Part shown: one piece after another, positions 28,601 to 35,457 of the stretch
Position numbering within the stretch: position 1 is the stretch's first letter
Layout: every line of letters begins with the position of its first letter
Assembly: GCA_009103225.1 (NCBI GenBank)
Contig: RHPI01002368.1
Coordinates: 587,397-651,396 of the forward strand
Reading direction: 5' to 3'
DNA: 64,000 bases
Origin: Chlorokybus atmophyticus
Taxonomy: Eukaryota; Plantae; Mesostigma and Chlorokybus algae
The notes under the pieces: generated by a model
Told to the model about the DNA's origin: nothing
The model's database searches: none
What the model saw: only the letters and a program-made list of their open reading frames with translations
Translations under genes and position numbers: made by a program

Positions 28601-31600
28601 CAGTGTCCACCAGCTCGATGTCCATCTGGTACACTGAGCATGTACCCAATTCCTTCACATTGAAGCTGAATTGGCTCCTCCATTTGTTGAGGAGAGCCTC
28701 CAGCTTCTCTCGAGTGTCTTCTGTGGCCAACGGGCCAATGGCATGGTCCAAGGAGGTTGCATTGGCAACCACAGGAATATCCTCCACTGTCACTGCCGCT
28801 GACTCCTCCATGTGGACCACCTCGAGAGCTGTGTGAGCTGCCTTGGTGTCGGCTACGCGATCAGCCCACCCCCCAGCCAAGTGTTCGAGATCCTCGAAGG
28901 ACACGTGGCGGTCCTGCAACGTGAAGCTCAGCTCCAGCAGCCATACCATGCTGTTCTGGTCCATGGCGCGCCCAAGCAGCTGGCATTGCTGATTGTCCGT
29001 CAGCGATGAACCTGTGATGCTGTTGGGGAAGAAACCCATGGCGCGTTCACGTTCGCGTGCGTTGGGTTCTTCCAGCGTGTTGGTGGCCGCATCAAATACC
29101 ATCCCGTCACCATTGTTCCGAAATGCGTAGGAGCCCGGGTAGGACACCAATGTGGGGAGTGCGCGACGGGGCTGACCAGGCTGATTGCATTGGTAGAAGT
29201 GGTGGTGATCATGATGCAGGACAGGTTGTGCTGTGCGGCCGGGGTCAAGGATGTCGTCGACCAGCAGGTTGCGCGGCCGGGCGCTGCGCGTGTATTCGGC
29301 GGTCATGAGCTCCTCCACGGTGGCCAAGTTCGTCCATTTGGCACGTACACGATGTGCGCGCGAGCCATGTCGTGCCGCGTTCACCTTGAGTGGGTGCCCC
29401 AAAATGGAGCAAACTTGTCGGTAGCTGGAGGCCACGTGCGGTAGCTGGAGGCCACGCTTGTCGTCCTCTGAATGCACATTTTCGATGACGTACCCCAGGG
29501 GTCTGAAGATCTGGTGGTGTTGAAGGAGGTGGATGATCCTCATCAGCTCCCAGAACAATCTGGAGCGAGGGTTCTCGAGGCCTTGTCCCTTGCCTGGCCT
29601 GGAGTGCCCTTGGCATTCCCATCCAGCTATTAACAGGTCGACGTTGCCGAGGGACAGTAGGTGATCTTCAGTGATCAGCCGGATGTCCTGTGGCAATGCT
29701 TTGAGGCTGCCTTGCAACGCCGAGAGGGGTAGTTGCCGTGGATACCTGGTGTGCAGTTGGCGTAAGTGGTGCTTGAGGCCTGTTTGCGCGTGTGGGTCTG
29801 GGTCGCAGTAATAGTATTTAGTAACCTTCACGCTCGTGTTGAGGACCGCAGCAAGACCACTGCCAATGCCTCCAAACAGCTCCAACACTGTGATGCCCTG
29901 TTGCCTGCGAAAGGTGTGGAATTCCACCACTCCGGTGGCCACCATATAGTGGTCCTGCACCTTGACGTGGCTTCGGTAGTTGGGGAAGCGCGTGGTGATC
30001 AGTGGGTGGCTGAGCAAGATGTGTGCGTCCACCTGTGCGCGCCAGCGCCGTTCAGCTGGGTCTTGTAATGCTACTTCCACGGTGGCATCCTCCTGCTCCT
30101 CGTTGTACGGGATGGGAGAGGGGTCGCCGGTTTGACACGGGGTTGTGGCACCAGCAGCGACTTGCGTCCGAGCACCGTCGTATATGGCCAATACAGCCTT
30201 CCGGGTGCGGGCGTGTCTGCGTGTGGCCATGGCAGCCATTTTGCGTTGGGCGCGCGTGCGCGAGACCAACTCGAGAGGCAGGAAGCCCTGTACCTCTCCG
30301 TCGTCCTCATCCCAATGTGGCCGAAACCACGCTCGTTCTGTCCAGCAGTCGAGGCCCATGCCCACAGGGAAGTTGAAATCCTGCCCAAGCAGAAAGTCGA
30401 AGGAGCCGGCATTGGTGACCACGCATTGCTGGACGATCTCGGTCGTGTGGGTTGGGTCCAGCCCTGTCAACCGAATGCAAAAGGCCTCCCTGGTGACTCC
30501 CATCACCTTATCTCGGCTACCTGTGGCAGTGTCCAACACGTACGGGCAAGGCACCAAGTCGGAACTGGTTATGCCTAGGGACCGCGCGAGGAAGCGCCCG
30601 ATGATGACAGGCTGTGCTCCGGTGTCCAACATTACCCGCTTGGGTGCCAGACCGTTGATGGTAACGTGCTTGCCTTGGTTGGCCACCATGGCAGCGTTGG
30701 CGTCGATACGCAGCCTCTTCATGCGAGGTGTCTGTTCCTCTGACTCAGTTGCCTCAGCTGGAGATGCTGAGCGCATGGCAGCCAGAGCTCCTCTGCCTGC
30801 TGGGTCCGGAGAACCCCCTCCTTGCCCTCTCCCTCTGCCGAACCGACCTTGTCGAGGTGGTTGGTAGACACGGGGGGGCCTCGGTGCTGGAGGTTCCGGC
30901 GCCGGTTGTGGTGGCGGCGCAGGTGGATGACGCATCTGCGAAGCTGGAATCATGCCCGCGGGCGTCCCCAGTGGCTGTGGAGGGAACCCCGGCGGGCCCG
31001 GTGTTTGTGGGCCTGCCTCGCGTTCAGCTTGCTCCGCGGCGTACGTCCATCGCACAGCATGAGCCGCTTCTCTGACCAATGTCCCCTCCCACGTGGCCGT
31101 GGGCTCGGTGTCCGTGTCGGTCCAATGATGATATTGAGGCATGGGCTGCAGGTATACGGCGCGTAGTAGCTGTCGCCGCATGTCGTGAGTAATGGTGGGG
31201 ACTCGTAAGATCCCTGCCATGTAGGCATCCCACCTTCTTTGTACCACTCCCACATCGAGCACAGTCATGGCGCGAGCACGTAGGGTGCGCTGGAGGTCAG
31301 TCTGCTGTGCGTGTAGCTCATGAGCAATGGCGATGCGCCGCCGTTGCCGTGCGGCTTCCACCCCTGGCAGCCGAAGCATTGCCTCTTGCACTCCCTCCAG
31401 CGTGTCCGGGGCTGTGGTGGCAGCCTCGTCGTATGCTTGTCGCAGCGAACGAACGAATGCCCCCAACCATGATGCTCGGTTGCCAAAGGCAAACAGGGGG
31501 ACAGCAGGGTGATTGGCAACGAGCCATGTCACGAGACGAGCTCGAGCGGCGCTGCCCTCTTGCATCCCCATCATCTGTCTTAATGTGTTGCCCTCAGGCC

Positions 31601-32165
31601 TGTGCAACATGACTGCTTGCCGGATGAGTGCGGTACGGAGTTGTTGCTCCCCCACCATACCAGCTCCTCCTCGTTGTGTGGTGTCCCCTTGCGGGGTGAG
31701 GTACCCTCGCCCTGCATCGCGTTGATCCTCAGGCATGTCTTCGACCAAAGGAGGCAGCAGCGGGGCGATTACCCCCCTCAATTGTTGCGCCAACGCCCTC
31801 GCTTGGTCTGCAACAGTTGCGTGTCCCGGCTGCTCGATGGCGATCGCCGTGGAGTGTGCTGTGGTCGGCGCCGTGGAGGCGCTGGCAACATGTGCTGGCG
31901 CTACGGTTGGTACGATAACGGCGTGTGCTGCTTCGTACGCTTGTCGGCGCGCGTCCACTTGGGCAGCTTGGTCCATGCGATACCGATGGGCCTGTTCGAG
32001 TGCAGAGAAACGCTCTTGACGACTGCCTGGAGTGAGCCCCCGGAGAGCGGGATCAGCGCCCAGCGCTATGTCAGACATCGTGACCACGAGGTCTTGGTGT
32101 TTTTGTCGCTTGAGGCCGAGTGGGTCCTGTGGCGAAGGCTCGAAGTCGATCCGTTGAGCGGGCAT
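25617..32165 (-). CDS. 2182-aa polyprotein: late gag, aspartic protease (~30350-30670), C5-MTase (~28930-29900), RT (~27870-28600), RNase H, integrase, PHD
   Basis: Uninterrupted ORF. MLDTGAQ; LDMRQGYNQI, MPFGLKNAP, YIDDILIFS; FILHTDWS, YEGECLA; HTELGH..CQQC, WGLDILG, VITDQG, GLAERTVQ. Confidence 0.96.
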   Translation of the reverse strand: MPAQRIDFEPSPQDPLGLKRQKHQDLVVTMSDIALGADPALRGLTPGSRQERFSALEQAHRYRMDQAAQVDARRQAYEAAHAVIVPTVAPAHVASASTAPTTAHSTAIAIEQPGHATVADQARALAQQLRGVIAPLLPPLVEDMPEDQRDAGRGYLTPQGDTTQRGGAGMVGEQQLRTALIRQAVMLHRPEGNTLRQMMGMQEGSAARARLVTWLVANHPAVPLFAFGNRASWLGAFVRSLRQAYDEAATTAPDTLEGVQEAMLRLPGVEAARQRRRIAIAHELHAQQTDLQRTLRARAMTVLDVGVVQRRWDAYMAGILRVPTITHDMRRQLLRAVYLQPMPQYHHWTDTDTEPTATWEGTLVREAAHAVRWTYAAEQAEREAGPQTPGPPGFPPQPLGTPAGMIPASQMRHPPAPPPQPAPEPPAPRPPRVYQPPRQGRFGRGRGQGGGSPDPAGRGALAAMRSASPAEATESEEQTPRMKRLRIDANAAMVANQGKHVTINGLAPKRVMLDTGAQPVIIGRFLARSLGITSSDLVPCPYVLDTATGSRDKVMGVTREAFCIRLTGLDPTHTTEIVQQCVVTNAGSFDFLLGQDFNFPVGMGLDCWTERAWFRPHWDEDDGEVQGFLPLELVSRTRAQRKMAAMATRRHARTRKAVLAIYDGARTQVAAGATTPCQTGDPSPIPYNEEQEDATVEVALQDPAERRWRAQVDAHILLSHPLITTRFPNYRSHVKVQDHYMVATGVVEFHTFRRQQGITVLELFGGIGSGLAAVLNTSVKVTKYYYCDPDPHAQTGLKHHLRQLHTRYPRQLPLSALQGSLKALPQDIRLITEDHLLSLGNVDLLIAGWECQGHSRPGKGQGLENPRSRLFWELMRIIHLLQHHQIFRPLGYVIENVHSEDDKRGLQLPHVASSYRQVCSILGHPLKVNAARHGSRAHRVRAKWTNLATVEELMTAEYTRSARPRNLLVDDILDPGRTAQPVLHHDHHHFYQCNQPGQPRRALPTLVSYPGSYAFRNNGDGMVFDAATNTLEEPNARERERAMGFFPNSITGSSLTDNQQCQLLGRAMDQNSMVWLLELSFTLQDRHVSFEDLEHLAGGWADRVADTKAAHTALEVVHMEESAAVTVEDIPVVANATSLDHAIGPLATEDTREKLEALLNKWRSQFSFNVKELGTCSVYQMDIELVDTEPVFRRQYRLSKLEEDLVEQRCKALLDAGLIEESTSDFAAATVMPLKKDSAGNWTERRMCGDYRPLNNKTKQDRYPMPTAEGIFDDVGDCTVFSILDMRQGYNQIAIKDEDKHKTSFWGNRQLYQWKVMPFGLKNAPAKFQRVMDKALKGLDCARCYIDDILIFSRSNEEHLQHIEAVLERLKGVGMTVHPDKCTFFTHKVPYLGHMIVPHGVYVQQAKVEALAAIPAPTDLTRLRAFLGLANYYRRFVKDFAKIARPLNELLKKEVEFAWKEPQQQAFEELKSRLTSAPILQRPDYAKPFILHTDWSKLGMGAVLVQHDEHKKERVVAYASRSNDSAEANYSSYEGECLAAVWTISFFGPFLFGQQFQLITDHQPLKWLMTNQHVTGKLARWALLLQEYDFEIDHRAGLTNQDTDGLSRNPHLSTNDATGARHELIPAATAPTIAAMFAAAALRSGRKTNTTTSAVVEEILALESTDPAAITPLGDAHAADIDVDDTEPAPTDTRQDIWHDKPSLSFLQRGHLPSGMSAREKDRVNQRTRHCRWAGDKLYRRFHGEDKEVPTPVTRKDIIASLHTELGHFGVKRTVSLVRAQYWWYGLTKQVQRFVSHCQQCDMVRASLNTRSATLHPLPISGLFYRWGLDILGDLAPSPRGNRYILVMIEHYSKWVELVPLPDKSSRGVSQAFLSYVLSRFGSCAEVITDQGAEFRGEFDTLLDKCYIDHRRTSRDHPQADGLAERTVQTIKKALRKYVLEYKKDTWDDHLPWVALGYRLSKQAALREYSPCYLLFGRPPLLPFRAQQEVDRVVNNLDDPDWMHHDITTRAALFERTVPMAFNNLRIAQHRDTLRYERVRSGFYKERQRRFQAGDFAYRMAATKDTLDTSVSRTVYKVLKVYPTGVLDLLGQNGERLKDNMVNCAPCHLPYVAGFGRIQHPRPARSTRCEHCGSAGDDALMMLCDGCNKGLHCYCLEPPLDTIPMEEYWCDDCRTNGPPHLR
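25648..25781 (-). other. PHD finger at the integrase C-terminus
   Basis: CEHC-x11-CDGC-x4-HCYC-x13-WCDDC: intact C4HC3 ligands. Confidence 0.92.
28930..29900 (-). other. DNMT3-like C5 cytosine methyltransferase domain inside pol
   Basis: Motif I VLELFGGIGSG; motif IV LLIAGWECQGHS (Cys codon 29613-29615); motif VI YVIENV (29475-29483); motif VIII HRVRAKWTNL; motif IX ERERAMGF; motif X QLLGRAMD. Confidence 0.9.
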
Positions 32166-32177
32166 GGGCTGTCGCGA

Positions 32178-33770
32178 TTAACTGGGTGCGTCCTGCAACC
32201 GTGCATGTAATGCCAGGAATAACTGGATGGCCAGTTCCAACACCGCAGGTCGGCGATAGGTGACCCCAAACAGACGATCCCTCATTTCTGGTGCAGTGCC
32301 GGCGAGGATTTCATCCTCCAGCTGCTGTTGTGTGGGTTCCGGCAGCGTGTGGTATTCTGGCGGTGGTAGGGGCAAAATGCGATCATCGCGTGCCACGCGC
32401 GTGGTGCGTTGCCCCCCTGGTCCGTACGCAATAGTTGTGGGCTCCACGTTGCGTAGAATCGACGCCCAGGCGCGTTCTGCTTGCGGCCCGCGTGGCACTT
32501 GTTGTGTGACGTCCAATGCTGGTGGCGGTGCCGTCCGGCTTTCAGGAAGTGGTGCGGTGGGCATGGCAGCACTACTGGAGGCGATGGTGGTGGCACCTGC
32601 CGCAGTCGTCGTCACTGAACTGGCGGCTGTGAGGGTGGCAGCAGTTACGGTTGATGTGGTCGCTCCGATGGAGGCAGGAGTGGTGGATTCACCACTTACG
32701 AACCCAACGACCATGGGTGCTGCGGCGTGGGTGCTCTCCGTCACTGGGAACAGCGTGGTGCCAAGAGTGTTGACACCTGCTGTCGTAGTCGGTGTGGACG
32801 CTGACGGTGTCGTCGACGGCGTCGTCCCAGCGGTGGTTGTGGCTGCCGAGGCAGCACCACTTGTGGCGTCCGACGATGCCGCTATTGACGACGCGCCAGC
32901 CTTCCTGCGCGCCCGTCTGGATGGTTGTACGCGTGACGGCGTGGGAGTGTCCCTATCCCGTTTCGGTGCCATCAATGCCCACCTAGCAGCATAGCAGGCT
33001 TGATAGTCCTGCTCCTTGTTTTCCTCCAGCTGTGCCACGCGCGCCATCAGGGCTGCCACTTGGTCGATAGCCGGTGGATTGGTTGGTGCCTTGACAGCAG
33101 CAGCTCCAGCGCGAGGACGTCCCTCAAGTCCTTTGTGCTGTGGAGGGCGGTTTTTCCCCCTATAGCCAGCTTCTTCCTTGCGGGCGCCAGCGTTGCTGTT
33201 GTTGTAGCCAATAGGGGGCCGCAGCTCAGGGAACTTGAGCCAGCATACTGTCTCCAAGTGTCCCGTCTTGTGGCAGTGGTCGCACACAAGGTTGCCGTAA
33301 TCTTCGGTGCACTCCTTTTGGTAGTGGCCATGTCGACCACACCGGTGGCACAGCACTGGAGCCACAAGGGCAGCATGAGCTGACCGTTTATCCTTGTAAT
33401 GGATGCCTTGCGACTCCCGGCTGCGGTCCCGCCGAAGAGGCTCTGCACTTGTGCCTCCCATAGGCCGTGAGGCACTGCGGTTGGTGTCCAGCACCGCTTT
33501 CTCATACACTGCGCGCTTATGGATGGCTTGTGCAGTCTCGAAAGCTTCCTTGAGGGTGTAGCCAAGGGGCCTGCTGTTGTTCAGAGTCAGGCGTGTCAAC
33601 TCGCTCAGAGCAGCATCCAACTCATTGACGTATATCACTGCAGCAGCCTCCTCACTGACAATCCTGTAGTCAGTGTCCTTCAGCAGACCTTCCAGTCTGG
33701 AGTACAAGCGGAGGGGATCCTCATTGGGCTTGCGTCGGAAGCGTCTCAGCTCCTCAACCTTGCTGGTGGT
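32178..33770 (-). CDS. gag, middle part (capsid C-term, two CCHC knuckles, Ala/Thr-rich linker); in frame with both neighbouring ORFs
   Basis: EELRRFRRKPNEDPLRLYSRLE; CHRCGRHGHYQKEC and CDHCHKTGHLETVC. Confidence 0.88.
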   Translation of the reverse strand, partial: TTSKVEELRRFRRKPNEDPLRLYSRLEGLLKDTDYRIVSEEAAAVIYVNELDAALSELTRLTLNNSRPLGYTLKEAFETAQAIHKRAVYEKAVLDTNRSASRPMGGTSAEPLRRDRSRESQGIHYKDKRSAHAALVAPVLCHRCGRHGHYQKECTEDYGNLVCDHCHKTGHLETVCWLKFPELRPPIGYNNSNAGARKEEAGYRGKNRPPQHKGLEGRPRAGAAAVKAPTNPPAIDQVAALMARVAQLEENKEQDYQACYAARWALMAPKRDRDTPTPSRVQPSRRARRKAGASSIAASSDATSGAASAATTTAGTTPSTTPSASTPTTTAGVNTLGTTLFPVTESTHAAAPMVVGFVSGESTTPASIGATTSTVTAATLTAASSVTTTAAGATTIASSSAAMPTAPLPESRTAPPPALDVTQQVPRGPQAERAWASILRNVEPTTIAYGPGGQRTTRVARDDRILPLPPPEYHTLPEPTQQQLEDEILAGTAPEMRDRLFGVTYRRPAVLELAIQLFLALHARLQDAPS

Positions 33771-34634
33771 CTAAGGAGGGAAGGTGCGGCGCAGGGCAGC
33801 GTACAGGTCCTTAAGTGGCGAATCAGAGATGGCTGCACCTACAGAGATGGCTGGTGCGCGCAGTGCTACTGACCCGAGGGTGAAGGTACTGCCTCCAGCA
33901 CGAGAGCCAGGTGTTGCCGGAGGTAGAGGAGTACCCCACTCTGCGGCTGCCGCTTGCTGTGCAGCTTTTTGTTCCTCAATGATGACGGCAGAACGATCAA
34001 GGATGCGGACTCGACGTGTGGCCTCCTTGGTCTCAACTTCTGCAGGGGTCAAGTTGACAAGTACCAACTCCGGTTCCTCCTCCTCTGCCTGCTTGAGAGC
34101 TGCAGCTATGGACAAGCCTGTTACTGCAACTGAAATGGCAGGTGGAACGACACCTGTTGGACGGTGCAACGATGCAGATGCTATGGTGCTGGCAAGCTCG
34201 CCATAGCCGTCTACTCGATGCAGTTCAGCAACGGACTTCCAGACATCGTGTGCTTCATAATCAAGATACTGAGCAGCAATGTGGAAAGAGATCTCATCTG
34301 ACCAGTCTTTGTTCTTCAGAGCTTGCTGCCGCATCTTGGAGTGGAACTTGATGATGAACTCATCCAGCGAGGTGGTGCCGGCACGTCCGGAGAAGCGCAG
34401 GGATGTGGTTGAACTGGAAGACTCCATCTCGTTGTTGTCGCTGTCCGATGATAGTGGAGAAGCTTGATGACGAGGAGTAGAGTGGAGCGGGGTGAAGCCG
34501 GAGATGGAGCGCGAGACTCTGCTGCTGCGGTCGATGCTCCCGTCACTGGTCCGCTCGTAGGTGAGGTTGGTGGTTGGGCTCCAACTGCTGAGGTCACCCT
34601 CGTCTATTGGGGAGAACGGGGTGGGCCTGCTCAT
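33771..34634 (-). CDS. gag N-terminal part (287 aa), ends at an in-frame TAG
   Basis: RFSGRAGTTSLDEFIIKF..YLDYEAHDVW resembles a gag capsid N-terminus; same frame as 33770-32178. Confidence 0.78.
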   Translation of the reverse strand: MSRPTPFSPIDEGDLSSWSPTTNLTYERTSDGSIDRSSRVSRSISGFTPLHSTPRHQASPLSSDSDNNEMESSSSTTSLRFSGRAGTTSLDEFIIKFHSKMRQQALKNKDWSDEISFHIAAQYLDYEAHDVWKSVAELHRVDGYGELASTIASASLHRPTGVVPPAISVAVTGLSIAAALKQAEEEEPELVLVNLTPAEVETKEATRRVRILDRSAVIIEEQKAAQQAAAAEWGTPLPPATPGSRAGGSTFTLGSVALRAPAISVGAAISDSPLKDLYAALRRTFPP

Positions 34635-35457
34635 ACAGCTGGTGCGATGGTGAAAGTGGATGAAGGGTAGAGTGTTTGTGTTCTACAATGGGATCTCCAG
34701 TGCTGCTATCACCCAACACACTAGCGCTTGTGCGCGCTATGCGATGACGGTGACAACACTGCACTGTGATGTGTACAACTACAGATTGCGATGCTGATGT
34801 ACAGCTTGCAACTACACTCACTTAAGCAAAGAGGGTGACACTGTAAGTCAACAAGCCACTACTATAGGTAGTGATGTTTACACAGTTCTTTGCGTGAGTG
34901 GGAGAGGAATTGCACTGTTAAGTGAGGTGAATGAGCAAGCAACACGTGGATGCTATGCCCTGACTGATGCCAACAAGCACACCGCGACCAAGTACACAAA
35001 GCTCACAGCAAGAACAAGCACAGTGCACAAGAACATGCACAGGCTCTCACACGGTGAGGGGATTCTTGGGAACCAGGACGGTGTGTTCGTAGTTCAAGTC
35101 GCTTCACAAGCTCTTAGCTTTCTCACTTACAGTGTCACCAGTTGATCCGGTGAACACTGTGCTTACTTATACAAGTCAACTCATGACTGTCCAGAACATA
35201 AGCTAACGGTCATATCGAGGCTATTTCCACAGGAAATGCCCACTCGATATAGAACCGGACTTATAACTGAACTCACAACTGCACAGCTACGCGCGGTGCC
35301 TATGCAGGCTATGGTCACAAACTACTCTAGGGACATGACCTAGCTACTAGTCAGAGGCGCGCGCGGGTTGCCATGCTGGTAAGCCGGGCGAGGGTCTCGC
35401 TGTAGGCATGCCCGATGACGACTGGCATGCTGGGGCGATAGGCATGACATAAGGCGC

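Larger units (their letters stand above)
25330..35449 (-). mobile_element. Near-intact 10,120-bp Ty3/gypsy-type retroelement carrying a C5 cytosine methyltransferase and a PHD finger (copy A); termini are non-identical
   Basis: TG..CA ends (TGTC/GACA) flanked by 4-bp TSD TAAG (25326-25329, 35450-35453); the uninterrupted site is seen at 39719-39722. Domain order gag-PR-DNMT-RT-RH-IN-PHD. PPT AGGGGGGGTGGCT at 25567-25579. Confidence 0.93.

Noticed and set aside
25518-33383. Plus-strand ORFs such as 25518-26315, 30145-30867, 31602-32210 and 32260-32994
   Set aside because: Antisense shadows of GC-rich gag-pol with no recognisable motifs.
35263-35273. ATAACTGAACT, which from memory resembles the Tf1 PBS/primer sequence
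   Set aside because: No complementary partner was found downstream on the sense strand, TCAGTT is a generic initiator-like motif, and the recalled sequence could not be verified.
34640-35449. A conventional 5' LTR matching 25330-25566
   Set aside because: Searched by eye for TGTCGGG and the rest of the 237-bp segment; only two 15-nt motifs match.
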